Virus record (IMG/VR): IMGVR_UViG_3300032246_001533 | Span: 6,580-70,579 of that record | Length of the DNA: 64,000 nt | Strand: one strand, 5' to 3' | Source of the DNA: a virus | Shown: piece after piece, positions 15,226 through 25,311 of the stretch | Layout: every line of letters starts with the position of its first letter | How positions within the stretch are numbered: the stretch's first letter is position 1 | Program-made: the position numbers and the translations under genes | The notes under the pieces: model-generated | What the model was told of the DNA's origin: nothing | Databases searched by the model: none | Seen by the model: the letters and a program-made list of their open reading frames with translations, nothing else

Positions 15226-16799
15226 TGTCACCAATCAGTCAATTTCCCGCAGCAAGCACAGGTAGTGAAGCGGTAACATATACATCTGGAACAACCGCAC
15301 AACGTGCAGCATCTCCAACAGCAGGTTCAACATATTATAATACCACACTTGGTGAATTACAAATATTTCAAAATGGTATTTGGACAGCTCTTCAAATGCC
15401 AGCATTATCTAAAATTCCAACAATTGTAAGTGTAACAGATAACGGCTCGGGAATTGCATATGGTTCAAATTCTTCTGTAACAATTGTTTATACTCAAAAT
15501 CAAGAAGGTGGATTTGCTCCAAACTATACTGCAGTTTCAACTCCAGGCAGTATTACTCAAACTACAGCAATTTCAAACCCGTCAACTTCAAATAGCATAA
15601 CTGTAAATGGATTAACATCAAATACAAGCTATACCTTTACATTAACTGGTACAAATTCTTCTGGAGCAGGTGCTTCAGCAACAACAAATTCAATTTTAGC
15701 AACTTCTGTTCCACAAGCTCCACAATCTACTTCTTACACTTCAATTACAGCAAATTCATTAACATTAAATTGGACAGCTGGAAATACAGGCGGTAAAGCA
15801 GTAACATATAGAATTAGAAATATGTCAACAAGTACAGATGTTACAACATCAAACACAACTTATAATTTTACAGGCCTATCTGGTGCTGTATATTTTAATA
15901 TTTATGCAGTAAATGCAAATGGTGATTCTCTGCCACTTACAACAGAAACTCTTGTAATGGGTCCCTATACATTGCTGTCAACTGTAACTTCATCAACAAC
16001 TTACACAGTCCCGTCTGGTAAAACACAACTTTCATTTTCAGCAATAGGATCGGGAGCAAATGGTTCTGCTGGAAATACAACTTCTGGAGGAGCAGGTGGC
16101 CGTGGCGGTGGTGCAGCAATTGTTTATAATTTTGCAGTCACACCTGGAGATCAATTTGTAATATCAATTCCAGGTTCGGGTGGCGGTACAACAACAGTAA
16201 CTAAATCTGGTCAAGCAACGCTAATATCAGCTGGAGCAACAGTTTCAGTAGACAGCGCACAAACTTCAGGAAATCACGCAACCGCAAATCCTGGAACAGC
16301 TGGAACAGCTGGAAACAATGGTAATGGCCCAACAACAGGAACTGCTGGTGGTGCTGGTAATTCATTAACATATCCAACAACAATAACAAATATTTCAGGG
16401 AACCAAGCTGTAAACACAGGTTCAGGCGGTGGTGGCGGTGGTGGCGGAGGAGCATTTAACGAAGCACAAGTAACTGTAGTTAATGGCCCTTACACAGGAT
16501 ATGCTAGATATTATTCTTATCAATACTATACAACAAGTTACTATTTCTTAGCCTCATCTCTTAGCAATCCTTCATCAGGTGGAGCAGCAGGTGGAACAAA
16601 TGCAGGAGCAGGTGGCGCAGGCGGAACAGGAATGTTTGTATCTGCAGGATCAATTGTTTCAGATACAGTTCAAGGCTCTAATGGAACAAACTATGGTGGT
16701 GGCGGAGGCGGATCTGGCGGTATTTCCTCTGGAAAAACTTCTACAAATGCTGTAGGTGGAACAGGATCACAAGGGGTGGTGTATATTTATGGTAAATAA
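15225..16799 (+). CDS. FN3-domain plus glycine-rich fibre tip protein
   Basis: GLTSNTSYTFTLTG and LNWTAG...IYAVNANG FN3 patterns; GGGGGG blocks ending GSQGVVYIY. Confidence 0.8.
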   Translation: MSPISQFPAASTGSEAVTYTSGTTAQRAASPTAGSTYYNTTLGELQIFQNGIWTALQMPALSKIPTIVSVTDNGSGIAYGSNSSVTIVYTQNQEGGFAPNYTAVSTPGSITQTTAISNPSTSNSITVNGLTSNTSYTFTLTGTNSSGAGASATTNSILATSVPQAPQSTSYTSITANSLTLNWTAGNTGGKAVTYRIRNMSTSTDVTTSNTTYNFTGLSGAVYFNIYAVNANGDSLPLTTETLVMGPYTLLSTVTSSTTYTVPSGKTQLSFSAIGSGANGSAGNTTSGGAGGRGGGAAIVYNFAVTPGDQFVISIPGSGGGTTTVTKSGQATLISAGATVSVDSAQTSGNHATANPGTAGTAGNNGNGPTTGTAGGAGNSLTYPTTITNISGNQAVNTGSGGGGGGGGGAFNEAQVTVVNGPYTGYARYYSYQYYTTSYYFLASSLSNPSSGGAAGGTNAGAGGAGGTGMFVSAGSIVSDTVQGSNGTNYGGGGGGSGGISSGKTSTNAVGGTGSQGVVYIYGK

Positions 16800-17223
16800 T
16801 TTAACAAAAGAGAACGGACATTTTGAAAATCATCCTTATGTTTTTTTAAATGAAAATAACGAAGTAATTTCTGTTTATTTGTTTGAAGAATGTGAGAGTC
16901 AAGATTTAATAAATCATGTATCAGAACTCCTAGAGACAACAAATATAATTTCTTTATGTGAAAATTCTTCATATGATGGATCTTATACAGTTAGTCCAGG
17001 AATGAAATATGAAAATGAAATGTTTTATGATGTAGCTCCATACCCATCATGGAAGAAATCTACAGAAGCGCCAGTTTGGGAAGCACCTATTGAAATTCCA
17101 TCTGAAAACCACGATGAAGACGGAAACGAAATAGAATGGCTTTGGGATGAAGAACACAAATGCTGGTCACGAGGCATATACATAGAAAATCCAAATAAAA
17201 ACAATGGAGATAACAATGAATGA
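16789..17223 (+). CDS. Acidic Trp/Pro-containing protein, possible fibre assembly chaperone
   Basis: PYPSW...WEAPIEIP...WLWDEE; start reassigned to ATG 16789. Confidence 0.65.
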   Translation: MVNNLTKENGHFENHPYVFLNENNEVISVYLFEECESQDLINHVSELLETTNIISLCENSSYDGSYTVSPGMKYENEMFYDVAPYPSWKKSTEAPVWEAPIEIPSENHDEDGNEIEWLWDEEHKCWSRGIYIENPNKNNGDNNE

Positions 17224-17821
17224 GATTATAGTTAATTCAATATCAAAAACACAAGCGATTGCACTTAAACATTTTTTATCTAATGTTTATAACAATGTTA
17301 ATATTTCTTTAAAGGTTAATAAAAATGTTAGATTTTCTGAATTAGAAAATAACATAGGTGTTATTGTTATAGTAAGAAACCCTCTAGATACAATTACAGA
17401 CCAATATTATGGTCTGCTTGAAACTGCTACTTCAACAAGCAATAAACCAGATTTAGACTTCCTTTTAGAAAATTATATTGACTCTGTAAACAAACAAAAC
17501 GCTCATAAAGAAATAGTTTTATTTTTAACATATGATTTTGTAAAAAATATTTCAAAAGAAAATTCAAATTATGAAGAAAATAAAGCAAAATTAAAAGAAG
17601 CTATTGAAGAAAAATTTAATCTTAATACAACAAAAGATTTTAATATTATGGAATCAAGAAAAGTTGAAACAGAACAGTTTAAAGATGAAATTGGTAATTT
17701 AAGAAGTTTTTCAGTAAATGAAAGTGTTATAAATTCTATTAAATCTAAAATTGTTGAAAATGCATTGTATTTAGATGCAATGATTGCTTATAATGAAGCA
17801 ATCTCTTTATCAAAAATATAG
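17216..17821 (+). CDS. Divergent sulfotransferase-fold-like protein
   Basis: VIVIVRNPLDTI resembles the 3'-phosphate-binding motif; 5'-PSB loop is degenerate. Confidence 0.5.
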   Translation: MNEIIVNSISKTQAIALKHFLSNVYNNVNISLKVNKNVRFSELENNIGVIVIVRNPLDTITDQYYGLLETATSTSNKPDLDFLLENYIDSVNKQNAHKEIVLFLTYDFVKNISKENSNYEENKAKLKEAIEEKFNLNTTKDFNIMESRKVETEQFKDEIGNLRSFSVNESVINSIKSKIVENALYLDAMIAYNEAISLSKI

Positions 17822-17833
17822 AAAAGAAATAAA

Positions 17834-18592
17834 ATGATTATACAAATAATAGGCCTGCCAGGTTCTGGTAAGACAACTCTTTCTATTGCCCTTAAAGATA
17901 GAATTAATGCCGTACATATTAATGCCGACCAGGTTAGATCAACTATAAATTCAGATCTTGGCTTTGCAATAGAAGACCGCATTGAACACTCCCGACGAAT
18001 GGGTGCCATGGCTAGAATGTTATCTGGACAGGGCTTAAATGTTGTGGTAGACTTTGTATGCCCTACAAAAGAAACAAGAGAAGCATTTGGAAAACCAGAT
18101 ATTCTTGTATGGATGAAAACAATTGAAGAAGGAAGATTTGAAGATACAAACAAGATGTTTGTAAGTCCCGAAGAATTTGATATTATATTTGATTCTCATC
18201 AAATGGATGAATATCAAAAATCAACTTGGATTATTCAAAAATTTAATTTACACGATTGGTCTGCACCTACAACTTTGATGTTAGGCAGATATCAACCATG
18301 GCATGAAGGTCATCACGTTCTATATGAAGAAGCGGGAAAGAGAACAAGTCAAGTTATGCTAGGTGTTAGAAATACATTTAACACAAGCCCTAAAGATCCA
18401 CTTACATTTGATCAAGTAAAAGAATACATTGCAAAAGATGAATTTATGGATGGCTCAATGGTAGTTAAAATGCCTAACATTACTAATATTGTTTATGGAC
18501 GTGATGTAGGCTATAAAATTGAACAGGTTAAACTTGGCGATGAAATTGAGGCTATATCTGCTACTCAAAAACGAAAAGAAATGGGGATTTAA
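17834..18592 (+). CDS. cysC: Adenylyl-sulfate (APS) kinase fused to a HIGH-superfamily nucleotidyltransferase domain
   Basis: GLPGSGKTT P-loop, NADQVR, DLGFAIEDRIEHSRR; C-terminal LGRYQPWHEGH. Confidence 0.8.
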   Translation: MIIQIIGLPGSGKTTLSIALKDRINAVHINADQVRSTINSDLGFAIEDRIEHSRRMGAMARMLSGQGLNVVVDFVCPTKETREAFGKPDILVWMKTIEEGRFEDTNKMFVSPEEFDIIFDSHQMDEYQKSTWIIQKFNLHDWSAPTTLMLGRYQPWHEGHHVLYEEAGKRTSQVMLGVRNTFNTSPKDPLTFDQVKEYIAKDEFMDGSMVVKMPNITNIVYGRDVGYKIEQVKLGDEIEAISATQKRKEMGI

Positions 18593-18795
18593 TGAAAGTA
18601 ACTAAATCACGTTCGTTTACAAAATCTTTAACTTATAGGGTTTTTGGCACAGTATCTTCTTGGGCTGTTGTGTATGCTATTACTGGAAAAGGATCTCTAG
18701 CTACCCTAGTAGCATTTTGGGAAACAGTAGTAAAAGTTGCTATTTATTATATACATGAACGTGTATGGAATGGTATTAATTGGGGTAGAAAATGA
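18592..18795 (+). CDS. DUF2061-like small membrane protein
   Basis: RSFTKSLTYRV...YYIHERVWNGINWG. Confidence 0.8.
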   Translation: MKVTKSRSFTKSLTYRVFGTVSSWAVVYAITGKGSLATLVAFWETVVKVAIYYIHERVWNGINWGRK

Positions 18796-19454
18796 TTTAT
18801 TCTCCCGACCACAATTTTTTACTTTTAAAAAATAGAAAAGTCGGGGGATCTTCATTAGAAGTTGAGCTTTCAAAAGTCCTACCTAGTAACGCAATAATAA
18901 CTCCAATCAATGGAGAAACAAATATTTGGGATACAAAACCAAAAGACCATAATGAAAGAAATTATGGCAAAAATTTTTTTAATCATATAAAATACAATCA
19001 AATTGAAAAAATATTGGATTTATCAAATGTTAAGACATATGTTTTTGTAAGACATCCGTATAACTCTGTACTATCTCATTTTTTTCAACATATTTGGTTT
19101 TTTCACCAAGATATAGTTTGGGATAAACTTTTAGAAAATGAAAAAAATGATTTAATTAAAAAATATTTTAATGATGAATTTTTTAAATGGTTTAGAGGAG
19201 ATAAATATCTTTATTTAGATAAAAATACAAACACTGTATTAGTAGATAAAATATTGTATTATGAAAATGGTATAGAAAATGAAATTAATCCAATTTTAAA
19301 ATTACATAACATACCTAAAATACAATTAAATTCATTTGAAAAAGCTCACAGACCAAAAGAAATAAATGTCAAAGATGTTTTTAAAGAAGAGCACCTAGAA
19401 AAAATAAGAAAGGAATGGTGGTGGGAGTTTGAAAATTTAAACTACCAACCTTAA
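18792..19454 (+). CDS. Sulfotransferase (Sulfotransfer_2-like)
   Basis: FLLLKNRKVGGSSLE (5'-PSB) and FVRHPYNSVLSHF (3'-PB). Confidence 0.75.
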   Translation: MIYSPDHNFLLLKNRKVGGSSLEVELSKVLPSNAIITPINGETNIWDTKPKDHNERNYGKNFFNHIKYNQIEKILDLSNVKTYVFVRHPYNSVLSHFFQHIWFFHQDIVWDKLLENEKNDLIKKYFNDEFFKWFRGDKYLYLDKNTNTVLVDKILYYENGIENEINPILKLHNIPKIQLNSFEKAHRPKEINVKDVFKEEHLEKIRKEWWWEFENLNYQP

Positions 19455-19455
19455 T

Positions 19456-20196
19456 ATGAAAAAAATATTAGTTATAATGCCAGTGTATAATCAAGAAAGG
19501 CTTTTAAAAAGATCAATATATAGTGTGCTTGAACAAACACATACAAATTTTACACTTGTGATTATAAATGATGGTTCAACAGACAATACTGGTGCAGAAG
19601 CTGATAAATTTTTATATGATCGAAGGGTAAAAGTAATTCACAATAAAGAAAATTATGGATGTTATTATTCAAGAAATTTAGGTTTAAACTTTATGAAAAC
19701 AGATGAATATGATTTTTTTACAATACAAGATTCTGATGATTTTTCTCAACCAGATAGATTTGAAAAAATTTTAAATGTTTTTGAATCTGATAATAATTTT
19801 ATATCTGTTTATAATTATTATTTAAGATTTGGAAAAGAAGCTCCAAAATGGCACAACAAACCCTTTGAAGCTATTCCCGATTTAGCTCATGCTTTTTTTA
19901 CAAAAAATGTTTTTAAAAAATTAGGTTATTTTGATAATATAGATTTTGCTGCAGATCAAGAATACTGGGAAAGAGCAAGAGCACTTTGTCATATAAATCC
20001 GTCTCATATTTATTTAATAAATGAAGTTTTATATTATGCAGAAATGACGGGTAATAATATGATTCTAAAATATGACAATGATATGAGAGAAAAATATAGG
20101 CAAAAATGGAGACCTGAAGTAAAAAAAATGGAAATTAATCAAAATTTTTATAGACCATTTTTTGAAATAAAAGATATTGTAAAATGGAAACCATAA
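19456..20196 (+). CDS. GT2-family glycosyltransferase
   Basis: VIMPVYNQE...INDGSTD...SRNLG...QDSDD. Confidence 0.9.
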   Translation: MKKILVIMPVYNQERLLKRSIYSVLEQTHTNFTLVIINDGSTDNTGAEADKFLYDRRVKVIHNKENYGCYYSRNLGLNFMKTDEYDFFTIQDSDDFSQPDRFEKILNVFESDNNFISVYNYYLRFGKEAPKWHNKPFEAIPDLAHAFFTKNVFKKLGYFDNIDFAADQEYWERARALCHINPSHIYLINEVLYYAEMTGNNMILKYDNDMREKYRQKWRPEVKKMEINQNFYRPFFEIKDIVKWKP

Positions 20197-20384
20197 CTCA
20201 ACTTTTTGTGGGAGGAACAGGAAGAAGCGGTACAACAATATTGCTTGAATACCTAAACCAAAGCTTTCTAGTAAATGCATCAAAATGGCAAAATATAGAT
20301 GATTTTAAAAAGTTTAATAAAATGTATAACAAAATATTAAATGATTTAAAAGATAATAATATATATATTGAGAAATATTATTAA
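20184..20384 (+). pseudogene. Internally deleted sulfotransferase remnant
   Basis: LFVGGTGRSGTTILLEYL 5'-PSB loop in a 66-aa ORF lacking the rest of the fold. Confidence 0.6.
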
Positions 20385-20385
20385 A

Positions 20386-21054
20386 ATGATTCCTAAAATA
20401 ATTTGGCAAACATATGAGTTAGAACACAAAAACCTTCCAAAAAAAGCAAAAAATTTTTCTTCATCCTGGCAGCATTTAAACCCAGACTGGGATTACGTAT
20501 ATGTTTCGGAAAAAAATAGGTTAAATTTTGTTAAAGAATATTTTGGAGAAGAGTGGTATACTATATATAAATCTTACAAGATTAATGTCATGAGGGCAGA
20601 TTTATGGAGATATATGTGTTTATATATTAAAGGTGGCCTGTACTCCGATCTAGACATTGTTTGTAAAAAACCAATAGAAAGCTGGTTAAATCTAGATACT
20701 GGATTTATGTTTTCTGAAGAACCAAACAACCCAGGCTACACACAAATGATTTTTGCATCAGAACCTAAAAATGTTTTTTTAAAAAATATATTAGATGCAA
20801 TTAAAGAACAATATTATAAAAAAAATATATATAGCAATTTAATAGATGCAGAATCTAAAGAAGTAGGATATATTGTTTTTACAAATTCTATATTAAAAAC
20901 AATTAATTCAGGTGAAAAAAATTTTATAGCATTTTTGGGTAAAGATGCAGAGCAAATACACTATAATTGCATTAAACATTACAGAGCAGGAAACACAGAA
21001 GTCTTTGGAAAAAAATATAAACAATGGCAAAAGGAAATGGAGCAATATGTTTAA
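20386..21054 (+). CDS. GT32-family (DXD, OCH1-like) glycosyltransferase
   Basis: MIPKIIWQT...RADLWRY...GGLYSDLD. Confidence 0.9.
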   Translation: MIPKIIWQTYELEHKNLPKKAKNFSSSWQHLNPDWDYVYVSEKNRLNFVKEYFGEEWYTIYKSYKINVMRADLWRYMCLYIKGGLYSDLDIVCKKPIESWLNLDTGFMFSEEPNNPGYTQMIFASEPKNVFLKNILDAIKEQYYKKNIYSNLIDAESKEVGYIVFTNSILKTINSGEKNFIAFLGKDAEQIHYNCIKHYRAGNTEVFGKKYKQWQKEMEQYV

Positions 21055-21745
21055 GAAAAAACAAGAAGTTTTAAAAATAGAATATGAAAATAAATTTTTA
21101 TGGATGCCACCAATATCTCCAGCAAAATCCGTTGTGCCAGATTGGTATAAAAGCATATTACCAGTAAGCAATGATATAAAACAGTTACCAATTGCTCCAA
21201 ATGTAAAATCATGCATCCCATTTTTAGATTCTTTAACAATTGGCTACGTTGTTCCATTGCCAATGGATATTGCTGTAAGAATAGATGAAGAGGGTTTTCC
21301 AATAATTAGTTGGGAAATGAATGATCATAAAATAGTTGGTGCAAGAACTGGAGATGAAGCTCCAATACCAACACCAGCTGGTTTTGATGATACGCATTTT
21401 GTTTGGTCAACAATATCTGCATTCCAATTACCAAAAGGATATAGTGCAGTAATAACGCACCCATTAAATAGACATGATCTACCATTTATGACACTTTCTG
21501 GAGTAGTAGATGCAGATGCAATTATGCATGAAGGAAGTATTCCTTTTTATATTAAAAAGGGTTTTGAGGGTTTAATAAAAATGGGAACACCAATGTTTCA
21601 AGTAATTCCATTTAAAAGAGAAGATTGGCAAATTGAAGAGAAAAAAGGTTTATTTGAAATTGGATCAGCTAATGGCGCCAGAAATAAATTCTACACACTT
21701 GGAGGGTATAAAAAGTTTCAATGGAAGAGAAAGAGTTATAATTGA
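21047..21745 (+). CDS. Phage hypothetical protein (PDWYK...KSCIPFLD; possibly a dUTPase-like beta fold)
   Basis: Start reassigned to ATG 21047 (GGAG RBS); GTPMFQVIPFKREDW. Confidence 0.7.
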   Translation: MFKKKQEVLKIEYENKFLWMPPISPAKSVVPDWYKSILPVSNDIKQLPIAPNVKSCIPFLDSLTIGYVVPLPMDIAVRIDEEGFPIISWEMNDHKIVGARTGDEAPIPTPAGFDDTHFVWSTISAFQLPKGYSAVITHPLNRHDLPFMTLSGVVDADAIMHEGSIPFYIKKGFEGLIKMGTPMFQVIPFKREDWQIEEKKGLFEIGSANGARNKFYTLGGYKKFQWKRKSYN

Positions 21746-22740
21746 ACCTAGTTGAAAAAGCAGTTAAAAATGGTGGAAAGCTTGTTCCATTAACAATATC
21801 TACAGGTGGTACGGGTTTAATGAATCCCGCTGTTTTTGTAGATGATAATGATGAAATTTTAGTTAATCTAAGACACGTAAACTATACGCTATATCATTCT
21901 GAAAGAGATCAAATGTTTCCTAGCCCTTGGGGCCCTTTAGCGTATTTACATCCAGAAAAAGATATGAAGTTAAAAACAACAAATTACCTTATGAGATTAA
22001 ATGAAGATTTAAGTGTTAAAAATTCATGTTTAATAAATACTAAAGATTTAGATATAGAGCCAAAGTGGGAATTTCATGGATTAGAAGATGCTCGTCTTGT
22101 AAAATGGGAAAATAAATATTATATAACTGGTGTAAGAAGAGATACAACAGATCACGGACAAGGAAGAATGGAGTTGTCTGAGATTGAAATTGATAAAGAA
22201 AATTGGTCTGCAAAAGAAATATCAAGATTAAGAATTCCAGCTCCAGGAGCAGATTCATCATATTGTGAAAAAAATTGGATGCCAGTTTTAGACATGCCAT
22301 ATCATTATATTAAATGGAGTTCTCCAACAGAACTTGTTAAAACATATCCAGAATTACCTGCAAGATGTGAACAAGTTAAATTAAAAGAAAGTTTAAAATC
22401 ACCGACTGATTTAAGAGGCGGGTCCCATGTTGTGCCCTGGAAAGATTATTATATTGCTATTACTCATGAAGTTGATTTATATAAAAACTATCTTAATCAA
22501 AAAGACGGAACCTATAGACATAGACTCTGCGTATGGGATAAAGATTTTAACTTGGTTGCTATAACACCAGAAAACTTTTCTTTCCTAGATGCTAGAATTG
22601 AATTTGTGGCAGGAGCAGCAATACACAAAGGAGATTTGTTGATTTCTTTTGGATTTCAAGATAATGCAGCATTTGTTTTAAAAGTTCCAAATACAGTAGT
22701 TGAAGAAATGATTCAGAAAGCAATTGCTTATGCTACATGA
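21742..22740 (+). CDS. Five-bladed beta-propeller glycosidase/phosphorylase-like protein (GH130/GH43-like)
   Basis: MNPAV, GLEDARLV, EKNWMP and LISFGFQD motifs. Confidence 0.7.
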   Translation: MNLVEKAVKNGGKLVPLTISTGGTGLMNPAVFVDDNDEILVNLRHVNYTLYHSERDQMFPSPWGPLAYLHPEKDMKLKTTNYLMRLNEDLSVKNSCLINTKDLDIEPKWEFHGLEDARLVKWENKYYITGVRRDTTDHGQGRMELSEIEIDKENWSAKEISRLRIPAPGADSSYCEKNWMPVLDMPYHYIKWSSPTELVKTYPELPARCEQVKLKESLKSPTDLRGGSHVVPWKDYYIAITHEVDLYKNYLNQKDGTYRHRLCVWDKDFNLVAITPENFSFLDARIEFVAGAAIHKGDLLISFGFQDNAAFVLKVPNTVVEEMIQKAIAYAT

Positions 22741-23452
22741 CCCATTCTTTCCACAACATACCGAATTACAAATATCAGATAACCCTATAGGAACTTTTTT
22801 TTTACCATCAGATGCTCCTAATGATGAAATACTTAATGCTATAAAAAATGGAAATGTTTATCAAGAAGATATTATAAGTGAATTTGTTTTTTATGTAAAG
22901 CCAGAATCTACTGCTATTGATTTAGGTTCAAATATTGGACAAATGACAATAGCTCTATCAAAATTAGTTGGAAAAAATGGTAAAGTAATTTCTGTTGAAC
23001 CAGATCCATTTTTATTTTATATTTTAAATAAAAATATAATAAAAAATAAATGTTTTAACTGTAATGCATATTCTATGTGTGCATGGGATTCTTCAGAAAT
23101 AAATTTGCCATATCCAGATCCAAATTTATCAAGATTTGAAAGCCTTGGTTCTTATGGGGTGTCTTTTAACAAACAAACAAATAGGATGTTGCCCGCAGTT
23201 GCTTTAGATGATTTAAATTTAAAAAATGTAAGTTTTATAAAAATAGATATACAAGGATCAGAATTACACGCTTTGCGTGGATTAAAACAAACAATATTAA
23301 AATTTAAACCAACAATATTAGTTGAATATGAACCAATTTTTAATTCTGATTTTAAAATATCTTGGGACGACTATGAAAATTTTATAAATGAAATAAATTA
23401 CAAAATAGTAAAATGGATAGATAATTGGAATTTTATAATGGAGAGTAATTAA
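22724..23452 (+). CDS. FkbM-family SAM-dependent methyltransferase
   Basis: IDLGSNIG, VEPDP, FIKIDIQGSELHALRG. Confidence 0.9.
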   Translation: MLMLHDPFFPQHTELQISDNPIGTFFLPSDAPNDEILNAIKNGNVYQEDIISEFVFYVKPESTAIDLGSNIGQMTIALSKLVGKNGKVISVEPDPFLFYILNKNIIKNKCFNCNAYSMCAWDSSEINLPYPDPNLSRFESLGSYGVSFNKQTNRMLPAVALDDLNLKNVSFIKIDIQGSELHALRGLKQTILKFKPTILVEYEPIFNSDFKISWDDYENFINEINYKIVKWIDNWNFIMESN

Positions 23453-24043
23453 ATGAATAAAAATCTGCAAACAGATTCAATTGAAGAATTAATTGAAAAT
23501 GCATCTCACGACATGTTTAATCCAATTTTAAACTTTAATATTGCACAAAAATATCATGAGTCTGATCAAACAGCATCTGCAGTTTCATTTTATTTAAGAA
23601 CAGCAGAGTATGGATATGATAAAAATCCATTATATACCTACACTTCTTTATTAAAAATTTCAGAGTGCTTAAGCCATCAAACAGGTAGAGAAAATAGTGT
23701 AAAAAATTCTTTACTACAAGCAATTCAATATTTGCCAAAAAGACCAGAAGCTTATTTCTTTTTATCAAGATACTATGAACAACAGCAAGAGTGGCAACAA
23801 TCATACACTTTTGCTCAGCTAGGACTAGTTTATTCAAATGGAAATGAACCCTTGCCAATTGAGACAGACTACCTAGGCGAATTTGTTTTATTATTTGAAA
23901 AAGCAGTAAGCGGTTGGTGGATTGGCAGAAGAGAAGAATCTATGTCTATATTTCGAGATCTTTTAAAAATCAAAATTCCAAGCAATTATCGTGCTTCAAT
24001 TCAATACAATATGTCAAAAATAGATCCAAATATTAAGTTTTAA
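23453..24043 (+). CDS. TPR-repeat protein
   Basis: AIQYLPKRPEAYFFLSRYYE helical repeat pattern. Confidence 0.7.
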   Translation: MNKNLQTDSIEELIENASHDMFNPILNFNIAQKYHESDQTASAVSFYLRTAEYGYDKNPLYTYTSLLKISECLSHQTGRENSVKNSLLQAIQYLPKRPEAYFFLSRYYEQQQEWQQSYTFAQLGLVYSNGNEPLPIETDYLGEFVLLFEKAVSGWWIGRREESMSIFRDLLKIKIPSNYRASIQYNMSKIDPNIKF

Positions 24044-24091
24044 GGGGCAAAATAAATGCTTTTATTATTTGTTTTGGTATACTTATAGCAT

Positions 24092-25300
24092 ATGAGCCTG
24101 CAAACTACAAAGGGTTTTCCTTACCCACAATATACTGACACTCCCGACGTACCCAGAGATATGCTTAATCTGGCTACGCAGATTGACTCATATCTTACAA
24201 CCAACAGGGGTCCACAAGGCGTTCAAGGAACAACGGGAACTCAAGGTTTTTATGGAACTCAAGGTTTAATTGGAAATCAAGGAATACAGGGAACAGTAGG
24301 AATTGCTGGATCTTCAACAAATTATCATCAATACAAAGCAGACACAACAAGCCAGCTAGACTTGCCACCAACAGCTGGATATTTAAGATGGAATAATTCA
24401 GATCAAAAAAACTCTACTTTTATTTATGTAAGCCACTTAACAAACGAAAATTTAGATATTGATGTTATTTTAGATGTTTTAAAAAAAGATGACACAATAA
24501 TTATTCAAGAAACAAGTAATTCCAATAATTATCAAACATTTGCCTTAACAAGCGATGCAATTGTTGTTCAAAATAGCTATATAAAAATTCCAGTTACATT
24601 AGCAATATCTAACGGTTCTGGAACATCTGGTTTTTCCAACAATCAAGTTATTTCGTTGATTACCTTTTCTACAGGTATTCAAGGAGCAACAGGTACACAA
24701 GGAATTCAAGGATTAATTGGTTTACAAGGTTTACAAGGCAATCAAGGCACTCAAGGCTCTCAAGGTGTTCAGGGAACACAAGGTGTACAGGGACTACAAG
24801 GCACTCAGGGTATGCAAGGCACTCAAGGTACGCAAGGTACTCAGGGCTTACAAGGCACACAAGGTTTACAAGGCACACAGGGTTTACAAGGTTTTGGCTA
24901 TCAACAACTTCAAGGAGTTCAAGGACACATAGGTACAGGAATTGAATTACTTGGAACTTATGAAAGCTTGCAAAGTTTGCAATCAGCGCATCCATCAGGA
25001 TCAAATGGCGACACTTACATAATTAATGGTTCTTTATATGTTTGGCAAAATGGACAATATGTAGATGCAGGAGCTGTTCGTGGTATTCAGGGATTACAAG
25101 GTACTCAAGGAACCCAAGGGGTACAAGGGGTACAAGGTACTCAAGGTACTCAAGGAACCCAGGGGGTACAAGGTACTCAAGGAACCCAGGGGGTACAAGG
25201 TACTCAAGGTTTGCAGGGAATTCAAGGAGTACAGGGAGTTCAAGGACCATTGCCAACAAGCTATGTTGATATAAATATGGCTGTAATGGGCGCATTTTAA
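24092..25300 (+). CDS. Collagen-like fibre protein
   Basis: N-terminal GFPYP..D.PDVPRD anchor-like motif; three G-X-Y blocks. Confidence 0.85.
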   Translation: MSLQTTKGFPYPQYTDTPDVPRDMLNLATQIDSYLTTNRGPQGVQGTTGTQGFYGTQGLIGNQGIQGTVGIAGSSTNYHQYKADTTSQLDLPPTAGYLRWNNSDQKNSTFIYVSHLTNENLDIDVILDVLKKDDTIIIQETSNSNNYQTFALTSDAIVVQNSYIKIPVTLAISNGSGTSGFSNNQVISLITFSTGIQGATGTQGIQGLIGLQGLQGNQGTQGSQGVQGTQGVQGLQGTQGMQGTQGTQGTQGLQGTQGLQGTQGLQGFGYQQLQGVQGHIGTGIELLGTYESLQSLQSAHPSGSNGDTYIINGSLYVWQNGQYVDAGAVRGIQGLQGTQGTQGVQGVQGTQGTQGTQGVQGTQGTQGVQGTQGLQGIQGVQGVQGPLPTSYVDINMAVMGAF

Positions 25301-25311
25301 GGGGTGTGTAA

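Noticed and set aside
15225-16799. Diversity-generating retroelement target
   Set aside because: No reverse transcriptase or template/variable repeat pair was seen in this window
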